64,000 nucleotides of DNA from Candidatus Kaiserbacteria bacterium CG10_big_fil_rev_8_21_14_0_10_47_16 (GCA_002773395.1 PFBI01000006.1:242797-306796); one strand, 5' to 3'; shown: positions 8,962-19,217, numbered from the stretch's first letter. Numbers and translations are program-made. The notes: a model not told the origin generated them from the letters alone.

Positions 8962-8987
8962 GGACGACGCGCACGTGCGCGTCGTCC
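8962..8987. terminator. Perfect 26 bp palindrome (ggacgacgcgcacgtgcgcgtcgtcc) downstream of purC
   Basis: Perfect inverted repeat right after the purC stop on the minus strand. Confidence 0.55.
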
Positions 8988-8994
8988 AACAAAC

Positions 8995-10017
8995 CTACTT
9001 CTTGATCGAAAGAGCGTCACGGACTGCCTCGTACCGCCAAAGGAGATCCTGGATGACCTCAGGCGGCGGCTCTGCAGAATACGGAGGCCAACCCGACTTA
9101 TCGTATGGAGCTTTTGCTTTCGCTTCACCAAGCTCCTTAACCCAGTCAGCGCAGCACTCTTCGTACCACCTCCGAACAGGGTCCTTGTCATAGCTCCGCC
9201 CCCCCGAATCGGTGAGACGGAGCTCATCAGGAGAAATAGAGTCGGCGATAACAAACATGCCTTCCTCCGTCAGAGCACCCTCGATCTTCCCATCACAAAG
9301 ATCGAACCCGACGCTCCGGAAGAGCGTCTTGAGGTAGATGGCCGCGCGAGCCACCACCTTGTAGATATCCTGCAGCTGACCGAGAGTGAGCCCAGCAAGA
9401 CGAGCTGCCTCCTCATCAGAGACATACGTATCGGCCGCCTGGTGCTTAGTGCTGCACTCGACGAATGGGTGCTGAAAACGCATCCCCGGAACGAGGTCTT
9501 CGTCCAAAGACAGTAGGCACTCGATTGCAGCACGGTCGACCGCGCCACCTTCAACACGACTACAGAACTTCTTTGTCGCCACGAAGCGAAAAAGAAACTC
9601 CAGTGGCAACAGTCGCCCGAACGCCTGCGGATAGTAGACATCGAGCTCAGGGATGTTGAATGGCGTTACTGCAATGCGCTGTTCATCAAGGCGTTCGCGG
9701 AAGTGTGTCCTGAAATCGGCTGCATCAAGCTTCTCGAATAGAATCGCTGCAATGCTGCACCGCACTGCCCCGAGACCAGTAAACGTTACCGGGATAGGTC
9801 CTCGGTCGAAGACCGAGACGCGGTCCGAAAAGTTGAATTCCATTCCCTTTACATCGCTGTAGAAGACGTCTTTCGAAGATCCTACTCGTGATATTTGCAC
9901 TGTTCCCTCCTCAGGGTTGTCACCCGACTCTTTTGAGCCAGGTGGGGGTTCATTTCCGCACGTGTTATACCTTAAAATTTCAAGAAATGCACGTTTGGTA
10001 ACCATAACGAAAAACAC
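8995..10017 (-). CDS. purC: Phosphoribosylaminoimidazole-succinocarboxamide synthase (PurC/SAICAR synthetase); start uncertain, possibly ATG 10005
   Basis: 'SDRVSVFDRGPIPVTFTGLGAVRCSIAAILFEKL' matches PurC 'TDRiSAFDvvlp..IpgKGavl.qlSaf.FekL'. 'LPLEFLFRF' matches 'iPlEvVvRn'. 'IADSISPDELRL' matches 'lADEvlTPDSSR'. Confidence 0.75.
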   Translation of the reverse strand: MFFVMVTKRAFLEILRYNTCGNEPPPGSKESGDNPEEGTVQISRVGSSKDVFYSDVKGMEFNFSDRVSVFDRGPIPVTFTGLGAVRCSIAAILFEKLDAADFRTHFRERLDEQRIAVTPFNIPELDVYYPQAFGRLLPLEFLFRFVATKKFCSRVEGGAVDRAAIECLLSLDEDLVPGMRFQHPFVECSTKHQAADTYVSDEEAARLAGLTLGQLQDIYKVVARAAIYLKTLFRSVGFDLCDGKIEGALTEEGMFVIADSISPDELRLTDSGGRSYDKDPVRRWYEECCADWVKELGEAKAKAPYDKSGWPPYSAEPPPEVIQDLLWRYEAVRDALSIKK

Positions 10018-10048
10018 GGTATTTCTCCGCGGATCTTTTCTTTTATAA

Positions 10049-10477
10049 ATGTCTGTTATACTTTTTCCTGTTATGTCAAAAAAGAAACCGCCTTCAGTAA
10101 AGGTTAAGAAGTCGTCAGCAGGGCTCGGACTCTACGCGATGGAAGATATTAAGAAAGAAGCATTCATTATTGAATACATCGGCGAGAAAATTACAACCGA
10201 CGAGAGCGACCGCCGTGGCGGAAAGTACCTCTTCACGCTCAGTAAGGACTACGTCATCGATGGAAAAGGTCGCACCAATATCGCGAGATACATCAACCAT
10301 TCATGCCGTCCCAACAGCGAAGTTGAAATTGACGAAGATAAGTGGACCATTAGCGTCTACGCAAAGAAAAATATCAAGGCAGGCGACGAACTCACCTATG
10401 ACTACGGGAAAGAGTACTGGAATGAACACATCAAGCCATATGGCTGTAAATGTGCGAAATGTACTGAAAAGAAATAA
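10049..10477 (+). CDS. SET-domain protein (putative protein-lysine methyltransferase)
   Basis: Canonical SET motifs 'NHSCRPN' and 'ELTYDY', plus a C-terminal Cys cluster (post-SET-like 'CKCAKC'). Confidence 0.8.
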   Translation: MSVILFPVMSKKKPPSVKVKKSSAGLGLYAMEDIKKEAFIIEYIGEKITTDESDRRGGKYLFTLSKDYVIDGKGRTNIARYINHSCRPNSEVEIDEDKWTISVYAKKNIKAGDELTYDYGKEYWNEHIKPYGCKCAKCTEKK

Positions 10478-10576
10478 AGAAATGGCCGCGTAATGCGGCT
10501 ATTTTAAAAGAAGGCCACTTATCCACTCTTTCCACATGCGTCCCCATTTTGGGGTAAAAACCGAAAAATATGCTGC

Positions 10577-12037
10577 GTGATACAATGGGGATTACCTATG
10601 GCGGACACGAGACAAAATATACAAAAAACAGCTTCAGCTTCGAGTCCTGAAGGGACTCGAAGCCGCCTCTTGCGTACTCCCCCGCACAACACTGACGCTG
10701 AACGCGCACTCATTGGTGCCATCATTCTCAAACCAGAAGTGATGCACGATGTATCGGTCACGGTATATCCGGAAAGTTTTTACGCAGACAAACACCGCGA
10801 AATTTTCCGCGCGATTCTCGATCTCTTTATGAAGGGAGATCCAATTGATATTCTCTCAATCACCAACAAGCTCAAGAGCCGTGAACTCCTCGAACGAACC
10901 GGCGGTGCCAGTTACCTCACCGAACTTGTGGAAACGGTCCCTGCTGCGGGTAACGGTCTCTACTACGCGGAGCTTGTACAAAACAAATCAATTCTACGCG
11001 GACTCATCAACGCAGCGAACGACATTGCAGAACTCGGCTACTCAGACCCTGAGAACGTAGAGGAAGCGATGGATACTGCGGAGAAAAAAGTCTACCAAGT
11101 CACCAACGCACCGACGACACAGAAGTTCACTCCAATTGGTTCTTCTCTCACCGAAGCGTGGCAGCGCTTTGAAGAGTTGAACTCTGGGAAAGAAGTACAC
11201 CGTGGTATTCCAACCGGATTTAAAGCGCTCGATGACTTCCTCTCAGGACTCCAACGTTCTGACCTCGTCATTCTTGCTGCACGTCCCTCTATGGGTAAGA
11301 CGACCTTCGCGCTCGACATTGCGCGCAACGCCGCGCTTCGTTATGGAAAGTCAGTGGGTATTTTCTCTCTCGAAATGAGTGACCAGCAGCTCGTCGATCG
11401 TATGCTCGCTGCAGAAGCGCAGGTGGATTCATGGAAACTCCGCACCGGAAAGCTTTCAAATGACCAAGAATACGAAGCGGTGCAGAGTGCTATGGCGCGT
11501 CTCGCGGAAGCACCGATTCACATCGATGACCAACCGGGAAACAATATTCTTAAGATGCGTTCTTCAGCGCGACGTCTCAAGAACGAGAGCGGACTCGACC
11601 TTCTCATTGTCGACTACCTTCAGCTCATGAGTCCAACGAGTACCAAGGCGAGTGATTCAATGGTGCAGCAGGTGACTGAGATTTCTCGTTCACTCAAAAT
11701 CCTCGCGCGTGAACTCGATGTACCGGTACTCGCCCTCTCACAGCTCTCGCGTGCGGTGGAACAACGTGGCGGAAAACCACGACTCTCTGACCTTCGTGAC
11801 TCTGGTTCTATTGAGCAGGATGCCGACGTGGTGATGTTCATCCACCGAGAAGACAAGATGAACAAAGACCAAGAATCAGACCGTCCAAACATTGCCGAAA
11901 TTCTTGTTGAGAAACACCGTAACGGACCAATTGGAAGTGCGGAACTCTACTTCGACAGCAAGCACGTTCGCTTCCTCAGTCTCGACACCCATCACCAAGG
12001 TATGGATTCAAATGCTTCTGCTGATGATGATTTTTAA
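10577..12037 (+). CDS. dnaB: Replicative DNA helicase DnaB
   Basis: N-terminal DnaB domain ('ERALIGAIIL'), Walker A 'ARPSMGKTTFALDIA', and downstream H2-H4 motifs. Confidence 0.9.
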   Translation: MIQWGLPMADTRQNIQKTASASSPEGTRSRLLRTPPHNTDAERALIGAIILKPEVMHDVSVTVYPESFYADKHREIFRAILDLFMKGDPIDILSITNKLKSRELLERTGGASYLTELVETVPAAGNGLYYAELVQNKSILRGLINAANDIAELGYSDPENVEEAMDTAEKKVYQVTNAPTTQKFTPIGSSLTEAWQRFEELNSGKEVHRGIPTGFKALDDFLSGLQRSDLVILAARPSMGKTTFALDIARNAALRYGKSVGIFSLEMSDQQLVDRMLAAEAQVDSWKLRTGKLSNDQEYEAVQSAMARLAEAPIHIDDQPGNNILKMRSSARRLKNESGLDLLIVDYLQLMSPTSTKASDSMVQQVTEISRSLKILARELDVPVLALSQLSRAVEQRGGKPRLSDLRDSGSIEQDADVVMFIHREDKMNKDQESDRPNIAEILVEKHRNGPIGSAELYFDSKHVRFLSLDTHHQGMDSNASADDDF

Positions 12038-12046
12038 CATACGTCC

Positions 12047-12658
12047 ATGACCGCACTTGAGAAACTGATAAAACACTTTGAACGATTCCCCGGTATTGGG
12101 AGCCGCCAAGCGCGGCGTTTTGCGCATCACCTTCTCACTGAACCGAGTGAAAACGTGCAAGAACTTTCAGAACTTATCGCAGGCATTAAGTCGACGATGA
12201 CTGAGTGTAGCGAGTGTTACCGGTTCTTTGCGCGAAATGGCGGTGGAAGCGTATGTGGAATTTGCAGTGATACAATGCGCGACCGAAGTAAACTCACGGT
12301 TGTAGAGCGTGACTCTGATATTCAATCTATTGAACGCTCTGGCAGCTATGACGGGCTCTACTTTGTACTCGGCGGGACAGTTCCTCTCCTCGATTCTGAA
12401 GATAGTAAAAAGCTCCGAGGTGGAGCTTTGAAACGCATTGTCCTAGAACGCCAAGATGATCTGGAAGAAATTATTCTCGGCTTCTCGGTGAACCCCGATG
12501 GAGAAAATACCGGACGCTTTGTCGAATCAATACTGAAAGACATTCTTGCAGAGAAGACCATCAAACTTTCGCAACTCGGTCGCGGACTCTCGACTGGTTC
12601 TGAACTTGAGTATGCGGATCCCGAAACTATTAAAAACGCGCTCGAAAACCGACACTAA
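12047..12658 (+). CDS. recR: Recombination protein RecR
   Basis: Helix-hairpin-helix 'FPGIGSRQARRFAHHLL', a C4 zinc finger 'CSECYRF...CGICSD', and a Toprim domain. Confidence 0.9.
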   Translation: MTALEKLIKHFERFPGIGSRQARRFAHHLLTEPSENVQELSELIAGIKSTMTECSECYRFFARNGGGSVCGICSDTMRDRSKLTVVERDSDIQSIERSGSYDGLYFVLGGTVPLLDSEDSKKLRGGALKRIVLERQDDLEEIILGFSVNPDGENTGRFVESILKDILAEKTIKLSQLGRGLSTGSELEYADPETIKNALENRH

Positions 12659-12860
12659 AAACATCCTCCTTTACTTCATCTACTTTGTCGCGCGACGAAA
12701 AACAAAACTCATCGTACAGTGATGTACGCCTCATTTTCTTTTTCTTGCGCTTCGCGTATCTAAAGCAAAAGCGGGTGTTTTTAAGAAAATATTGAAAAAA
12801 GAAAAAGAGCGCCCCGACCGAAGTCGTTGCGCTCTTGTCTAATCGAAGAGCCGTTGATCG

Positions 12861-13547
12861 TTAGACGATCTTTAGGCTCTCCGCGTTGATGTGGAAGTTG
12901 GTTTGATTTCGACCGCCTTCTTTTGAGCGGCGGAGTGCGACATCGGCATCCTTGAAGATCATCTGCGGATCCTTTTCAGAAGCTGATGCGATTCGTACCC
13001 CGATCGAAATAGTAACTGGAACCCGGACCGTCGTGCCGTGGATAACAAACGCTCGCCCTGCGACCGCTTCGCGAACCTTCTCAGCAGCATTCCGGAATGA
13101 GTTTTTGCGGTGATCGTCGCGCATCAGAATGGCAAACTCTTCGCCTCCCCACCGCGCTACGATTGAGTCGCGGCCGAAAAACTCCGGCCGAAACTTGCTA
13201 ACGACGTACTTGATGACCTCGTCGCCGACGTCATGCCCATGAGTGTCGTTCACCGACTTGAAATAGTCGATGTCGATCAACATGAGACAAAAACGCGTAC
13301 CCATCGACTCTTCCAAGGCATCGTCAAAGACACCTCGATTCCAAAGCCCTGTGAGGACGTCACGATCGGCCCGCTCAAGAAGCTCCGCGTTTTCTTCTTC
13401 CAGAGTCTGAAGCCGGCGAAGAAGTCGTTCCACTTCCATCTCCGCAAAAATGTAGGAGCCGTCCATAGACCGGTCCCCTTCGATCCCCCAAGCACGAAGC
13501 CTGCGGTTAAGATCTTTCTTCTTTTTAGCCACTGTAGTACCCTCCAA
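12861..13547 (-). CDS. GGDEF-domain diguanylate cyclase with an N-terminal coiled coil
   Basis: 'RWGGEEFAILM' (the GGEEF active-site motif) and 'DIDYFKSVNDTHGH'. Confidence 0.85.
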   Translation of the reverse strand: MEGTTVAKKKKDLNRRLRAWGIEGDRSMDGSYIFAEMEVERLLRRLQTLEEENAELLERADRDVLTGLWNRGVFDDALEESMGTRFCLMLIDIDYFKSVNDTHGHDVGDEVIKYVVSKFRPEFFGRDSIVARWGGEEFAILMRDDHRKNSFRNAAEKVREAVAGRAFVIHGTTVRVPVTISIGVRIASASEKDPQMIFKDADVALRRSKEGGRNQTNFHINAESLKIV

Positions 13548-13776
13548 GTTTCAATGTACGTTCTCTATTATTATACCATAATATGAGTATAAAAGCAAGA
13601 CATGGCTCTACCCCACTGAAAAAGCGCCCGAGTGGGTGCTTTTTCTTGTTTGCTAAAACGTTCAAAATTACTTTAGATGCAAGGCGTGCGAGGAGTGGGC
13701 GACGAGGTGAACTTGTCGTTCAGTGAGTCGCCCACTCCCGAAGCACAACGCCGCAGATGAAGTAATTTTGGAGGTT

Positions 13777-14112
13777 TTAGAGTGCGTCAATCTTTACGCG
13801 AGCGTAGTGCTGACGGTGACCAATGCGTCGGTCACGGTTGCTCTTTGCCTTGTAGCGAACGATTGTAAGCTTGATACCCTTCTTCTCCTCTTGGTATGTC
13901 GCCTTCACTGTCGCGCCCTTAATGTATGGAGTGCCAATAGTTGCATCAGAGCCGTTGTCGACAAGGAGTACTTTATCAAATTCTACCTTATCGCCTTCCT
14001 TAAGGTCGCCAGCAAGCAGCTCAACGTCAACGACGTCGCCTACTGAAACCATATATTGCTTGCCGCCAGTCTCAATAACTGCAAACTCTGTGTTTTCTGC
14101 TTTATTAGCCAT
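13777..14112 (-). CDS. rplU: 50S ribosomal protein L21
   Basis: 'FAVIETGGKQYMV..GD' and 'HRQHYARVKI'. No L27 gene lies downstream. Confidence 0.85.
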   Translation of the reverse strand: MANKAENTEFAVIETGGKQYMVSVGDVVDVELLAGDLKEGDKVEFDKVLLVDNGSDATIGTPYIKGATVKATYQEEKKGIKLTIVRYKAKSNRDRRIGHRQHYARVKIDAL

Positions 14113-14151
14113 AGTGCGCCCGATTGTACAAGAAAAGACCTAAAAGCGCAA

Positions 14152-15246
14152 CTAATCCTCCTGGACCGGTTTATCAATACTCAACTGGTCAATATCGAGG
14201 GAATCCCCCGTTATCCTCATAACGTCCTTATCTACCTTACCGAGCTCCTTGGTGGCTGCATTGTAGTGATTGACGGTCGTTGCGAGTGAGTTCCCCACCT
14301 TATTGAAATACTCCCCATACGCGTTCATGTGGCGTGTGAGCATCTCCACATTTTTCTGGATATCTTTGGCCTGTTCTTCTATCTTGAACGCCTTGAAGCC
14401 ATAGAGGACCGTCTGGAGGTACGCTGCAAAGGTCGTCGGTGACACAATGATCACATTCTTGTCTTTGTATGCGTAATCAATGAGTGAGCGTGTGTTCACC
14501 TTTATAGAACCCACTTCATTGACGAGGAGGTCGTAGTAGATTGCCTCTGCAGGAATGTACATGAATGCAAACGGAAGTGTGCCGTCCTTCGGGCGGATGT
14601 ATTGCGCTGTTTCATCGATACGCTTTTTGAGATCACTCTTGAATTCCTTTTCAAGTTCGAGTCGCACCGTTTCATCTTGTTCATCCACAAGTCTTCGGTA
14701 GTTGTCGAGGGAAAACTTCGCGTCGAGCGGGATCATTCCGTCTGGAGTGATGATGACGGCGTCCACTATCTTTTTATCATCAAACTGGTACTGGAGTTTG
14801 TATGCAGTCGGTGGCAACATATTTTCCAAAATGAGCTGGAGTGATGCCTCACCGAGATTTCCTCGTTGCTTTTGGTGCTTCAATACTTTCTCAAGATCTT
14901 TGAGACTCTCTGCAACGGTGAAGATTTGCTTCCCCGCTTCATTTGCTTCGGTGACGCCTTTCGTCACATCGGTGAGATGACGAATCATTTGTTCGTTTAC
15001 TTCCTTGATTGCTCGCTGACTCTCAGAAAACTGCGTCTTTACCGATTCATACATCTTTTCGGTACTCTCTCCCATACGTGCGTCGAGCGTGCGACGGAGC
15101 TGTTCCATCTGTTGCTGGAGCAGAAGCAGGCTCTTGCTATCATCAACCACTTTCTCGCGGCGGAAGAACGCATGGTATACCCCGACCGCAAGCGTCGCGC
15201 CGAGCAATATAACAATGAGTATCTCGAGATTATTCATAGGGACCAT
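14152..15246 (-). CDS. rmuC: DNA recombination protein RmuC family
   Basis: N-terminal TM, a long coiled coil, and a C-terminal 'DAVIITPDG...IPLDAKFSLDNYRRL' region matching the RmuC nuclease-like core. Confidence 0.65.
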   Translation of the reverse strand: MVPMNNLEILIVILLGATLAVGVYHAFFRREKVVDDSKSLLLLQQQMEQLRRTLDARMGESTEKMYESVKTQFSESQRAIKEVNEQMIRHLTDVTKGVTEANEAGKQIFTVAESLKDLEKVLKHQKQRGNLGEASLQLILENMLPPTAYKLQYQFDDKKIVDAVIITPDGMIPLDAKFSLDNYRRLVDEQDETVRLELEKEFKSDLKKRIDETAQYIRPKDGTLPFAFMYIPAEAIYYDLLVNEVGSIKVNTRSLIDYAYKDKNVIIVSPTTFAAYLQTVLYGFKAFKIEEQAKDIQKNVEMLTRHMNAYGEYFNKVGNSLATTVNHYNAATKELGKVDKDVMRITGDSLDIDQLSIDKPVQED

Positions 15247-15281
15247 AATACCACGAACCCATAAACCCTTACCCTGTTGCC

Positions 15282-18035
15282 TTACGCGGCGTTCCGCTTC
15301 TCAAAAAAGAACCATTTTGCTACCTCAATGACGATCATAGTAACCAGTCCATAGAGAATAGTGAGCAATACCCATGAGAGTGGGAGTGGTGTGTATGAGA
15401 GGAGCGTTTGCATAAATGGTATTGAAATTGCCACAAAAAGGAGCGCCATACTAATCACAAAGGAACCGAGGAAGAACTTGTTTGTGGTGAATGGAATACT
15501 CCAGAGCGGTACTGAAAGTGCGCGGAATGAAAATGCCATAAAGAGTGAGTCGATAGAAACTGCGAGGAACATGACACTGCGGAGCTGATCAATTGGTAGA
15601 CCTGCTGCAAGCAAGAACGCGTAGAGACCAAGGAGGAGTCCGCTCAATACCACAACGATGAGTGCGATAAACGAGAGCATGTGACGATCCAAGATACCTT
15701 CAGTGTGAATGTCGCGTGGTTTTTCTTTCATGGCGTTTTTGTCCCCCGGCTCAAACGCAAACGCAACGCTCATAAGCCCCTCTTCAATAAGGTTTGCCCA
15801 AAGGATTTGTGCAGGAACGAGTGGCATCGGCACACCCACAACGAGTGCAGCACCGATGAGCACTACTTCCGAGAGACTGGTTGAGAGGAGGTACCCCACA
15901 ATCTTCTGCAGGTTGCGCATGATGCGGCGACCTTCTTCGATAGCTGCTTGGACGATTTCAAAACTGTCATTAACGAGCACGAGATCAGAGGCTTCCTTAG
16001 CAACCTCAGTTCCTGAACCCAGTGCGATACCAATATGCGCTTTCTGAAGTGCGGGAGCATCGTTGATTCCATCACCTGTCATCGCAACGATTTCTCCGTG
16101 CTTTTGGAGAATTTGTGCAAGGCGCATCTTTTGACGTGGCAAAATACGCGCAAAGACGGGCGTCGTCTTAATAACGGTATACAACTCACTATCGCTCAGT
16201 GTTGCAATGTCCTTGCCGGTGAGCGCGATGTCGTGCGGGCGCGCGATGCCCACCGCGCGTGCAATCGTGAGGGCCGTTTCAGGATTGTCACCTGTTACAA
16301 GACGCACGTGCGCGCCCGCTTTCTGCACTGCCTCAATAGAAGCTGACACACCCTTTCGAACCGGATCATGAAACACGATAAGTCCCATGAATGTATTCCC
16401 TGCAATGAGCCCCTCGCCAGAGGCGGTAATGGTGCCGCTTGAAACCTGCCTCGTCCCCACTCCGATCACACGCTTCCCTTCTTTGGTGAGTTTTTCAATG
16501 CGCGCGGCGAATAACGCACGCTGCTCCCGCGTCATTACCACGGCGCCGCGCGCTCCCTCCACATGTGTTGCTGCTTCGAGAATATACTCTGGCGCGCCGT
16601 TAATACACATACGAAAGCCCTGTTCATCTTTAAAGACCCCCGCAGCAAAACGATTCTCTGATGAAAATGAAAGGAAGTCAGAACGTTTTGCCCGCGCACT
16701 CTCGCCCGTTGGCGCAATACCGATATCGAGCGCTGCTTCAAGAATTGCCCGCTCCATCGGTTCGCCGCGTACCACGTACGTATCGAGCGTTTCACTGATT
16801 TCATCCATGAATGCGTCTGACGCACACAGCGCAGTATCAAATATCATTCGACTCGTAACATCGTCTTTCCACTCTTCTGACGAAAGCCCGCCTTCATGTT
16901 CGCTATGAATAATGTGTGTCACTGCCATACGTCCTTCTGTCAGAGTGCCGGTCTTATCGGTAAGGACAAAAGTTGCACTTCCGAGTGTTTCCGCTGCAAG
17001 GAGATTACGGACGAGCCCTCCGCGACGAAGGAGCGCTTCCATACCGACCGCAAGCACAATCGTCACCGCAGCTGGCAATCCTTCCGGAATAGACGCCACC
17101 GCAATCGCGATTGCGGTGATGAGCATTGTACTCACACTCTCCCCGCGCAGGATTCCTAAGGCGAAAATAGCAACGACGAGCACCGCAATGACGATAAACA
17201 TCGCTCGAGAGACTCGCTTCATTTCAAACTGTAGTGGTGTTTCTACACTGAGTACGTCCTGTAGCTCATGAGAAAGTTTCCCAACTTCCGTATTATCGCC
17301 TGTTGCAACCACGACGCCGCTTCCATATCCATCAACGACGAATGTTCCTTTCCATGCCAAGTTGTTCTGCTCTGCAAGCGACGTTCCGACATCGAGGGCG
17401 TCAAGCGCTTTGGTGACCGCGAGCCATTCTCCGGTGAGCGGTGCCTCATTTATCATAAGGTGCTTCGCATCAACAAGGCGCATATCCGCAGGGACCTGCA
17501 CACCGCTTTGAAGAATAACAATATCTCCGGGCACCAATTCACCTGCAAGGATTTCGTGCCGCTTCCCTTCACGGAGCACAAACGCCATATGTACCTGTGA
17601 ATCCTCAAGCTTTTGGAATGCTCGCGAGGCACGACCCTCTTGGAACAGGCCGAGGAAGATTGCGATACAGAGCGCAAAGGTAATGACGGAACCATCCACC
17701 ACATCGCCAATAACAAACGTAATGACCGCAGCGGCGAGCAGGACGAGCGTAAGCGGGTTCATGCACTGCGCAATGAGTCGCTGCAAGAACGTGGTCCCTT
17801 TCTTCTTTGAAAACGCGTTGGCACCATACGCACTGCGACGTTCTTCAACCTCCTTCGGTGTTAAACCATCGACGTCACTGCCAAGCATAGAGAGCACACT
17901 CTGGTACGACTCTGCGTGCCAATTGCGATCTTCTGCCGTGTTGTTGGTGTTGTTCTCTAGTGATTCAAGTGCCGCCATAGCTTGTGATGCATTATTCCCT
18001 GTAGTATAACAATACGTACAGATATATTTCACCAC
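15282..18035 (-). CDS. Cation-transporting P-type ATPase (P2-type, Ca2+/Mg2+-like)
   Basis: Phosphorylation motif 'DKTGTLT', 'TGDN' region, hinge 'MTGDGINDAPAL', 10 predicted TM helices, 917 aa. Confidence 0.9.
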   Translation of the reverse strand: MVKYICTYCYTTGNNASQAMAALESLENNTNNTAEDRNWHAESYQSVLSMLGSDVDGLTPKEVEERRSAYGANAFSKKKGTTFLQRLIAQCMNPLTLVLLAAAVITFVIGDVVDGSVITFALCIAIFLGLFQEGRASRAFQKLEDSQVHMAFVLREGKRHEILAGELVPGDIVILQSGVQVPADMRLVDAKHLMINEAPLTGEWLAVTKALDALDVGTSLAEQNNLAWKGTFVVDGYGSGVVVATGDNTEVGKLSHELQDVLSVETPLQFEMKRVSRAMFIVIAVLVVAIFALGILRGESVSTMLITAIAIAVASIPEGLPAAVTIVLAVGMEALLRRGGLVRNLLAAETLGSATFVLTDKTGTLTEGRMAVTHIIHSEHEGGLSSEEWKDDVTSRMIFDTALCASDAFMDEISETLDTYVVRGEPMERAILEAALDIGIAPTGESARAKRSDFLSFSSENRFAAGVFKDEQGFRMCINGAPEYILEAATHVEGARGAVVMTREQRALFAARIEKLTKEGKRVIGVGTRQVSSGTITASGEGLIAGNTFMGLIVFHDPVRKGVSASIEAVQKAGAHVRLVTGDNPETALTIARAVGIARPHDIALTGKDIATLSDSELYTVIKTTPVFARILPRQKMRLAQILQKHGEIVAMTGDGINDAPALQKAHIGIALGSGTEVAKEASDLVLVNDSFEIVQAAIEEGRRIMRNLQKIVGYLLSTSLSEVVLIGAALVVGVPMPLVPAQILWANLIEEGLMSVAFAFEPGDKNAMKEKPRDIHTEGILDRHMLSFIALIVVVLSGLLLGLYAFLLAAGLPIDQLRSVMFLAVSIDSLFMAFSFRALSVPLWSIPFTTNKFFLGSFVISMALLFVAISIPFMQTLLSYTPLPLSWVLLTILYGLVTMIVIEVAKWFFFEKRNAA

Positions 18036-18038
18036 ATT

Positions 18039-18494
18039 ATGGAACTACATACACAAATTAAAGATCAACTGAAAGAGTCGCTCAAAGCAAAAGACGCGGT
18101 AAAGCTCCAAACCGTACGCAGCATGCTTACCGCCTTCACCAACGAACTCGTTGCAACAGGCAAAAAGCCAAACGAAATGCTCGATGACGCAGGCGTCCTT
18201 TCCGTTATCAAGCGTCTTGCAAAACAGCGAAAAGAATCGATCGTGCAGTACGAAGCCGCTGGTCGCCCTGAACTCGCAGCACCGGAAAAAGAAGAGCTTG
18301 TCATCCTTGAAAGTTACCTCCCTCAAATGATGAGTCGCGAGGAAATAAAGCCAATCGTGCAGGCTAAAATTGCAGAACTCGGAGTCACTGACAAGAGCAA
18401 AATGGGTATTCTCGTTGGGGCCTCTATGAAAGAGCTTGGCGGAAAGGCTGACGGTGCGGATGTAAAGGCGGTGGTTGAGGAGCTCCTCGGTTAG
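18039..18494 (+). CDS. GatB/YqeY domain protein
   Basis: A 151 aa all-helical protein with the YqeY signature and a 'KELGGKADG..VKAVVEELL' ending. Confidence 0.75.
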   Translation: MELHTQIKDQLKESLKAKDAVKLQTVRSMLTAFTNELVATGKKPNEMLDDAGVLSVIKRLAKQRKESIVQYEAAGRPELAAPEKEELVILESYLPQMMSREEIKPIVQAKIAELGVTDKSKMGILVGASMKELGGKADGADVKAVVEELLG

Positions 18495-18553
18495 GATAGG
18501 CTCTGGGGGCTCTAATTGACTCCTGTAGCCGTTTCTGGTACTCTTGGCGAACT

Positions 18554-18727
18554 ATGTCACAGGATAAACTCATAAAGCTTGTAGCCGTTGGCAACGCAGA
18601 AGGCGTTGGGAAAGGTCATATCTACTGGGCTCACAAAAACAAGCGCAAGCACGCTGATAAGAAATTTGAATTCAAGAAGTTCAACCCGATCACGCAGACA
18701 CACATGGTGTACAAGGAAAAGAAGTAA
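18554..18727 (+). CDS. rpmG: 50S ribosomal protein L33 (57 aa; below the ORF-track size cut-off)
   Basis: Hand translation gives MSQDKLIKLVAVGNAEGVGKGHIYWAHKNKRKHADKKFEFKKFNPITQTHMVYKEKK, which matches the L33 pattern (IKL.S..GTGhfY.t.KN...p.KLel.KfdP..r.Hv.ykE.K). A terminator follows at 18744-18772. Confidence 0.8.
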   Translation: MSQDKLIKLVAVGNAEGVGKGHIYWAHKNKRKHADKKFEFKKFNPITQTHMVYKEKK

Positions 18728-19190
18728 TCTCTCTTCAGGTACCAAAAAAGCCTCCTATACGGGGGCTTTTTTGATTTGAGAGAATAAGAAACGCCGGAAA
18801 GTCAAAAGAAGACAGACCGGACGTATTCAATTCAAGTTTATTTTCTAAAAGATTCGGATTGAATCTGAGATTCGGAGACCGCTGCAGCAGTTCCAAGTGT
18901 ATTGAACGTAGCAGTAAGTGCTTTGTCCAATGCAACGAAGCTTTGAGAAAATAAATGTGAGAGATACCACAAAATGAGTATCATCCCGAATGCTCGAAAC
19001 ATAGGTGTTAAAATTGCGAACGCAATGCTATATCTGACAAGATATAGCTGGAATATTTTCCGGCGGACGCCACCCTGATCGAACGAAAGAACTGTACTTC
19101 ACACAGAATACCACGCAAAAAATACTCAGGCAAATGTGTACAGAAAAAGCGCGGGCCAAAGGCCCACGCTTTTTCTCCCCCCTTTTTTTC

Positions 19191-19217
19191 ATTCTAGGTT
19201 AGTCTGACTAACCTAGA
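19191..19217. promoter_or_regulatory. 27 bp palindromic element copy 2 (identical to 559-585)
   Basis: 'ttctaggttagtctgactaacctagaa' is a 13+1+13 perfect palindrome located between the stop of gene 19226-19699 and a GC hairpin. Confidence 0.5.
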
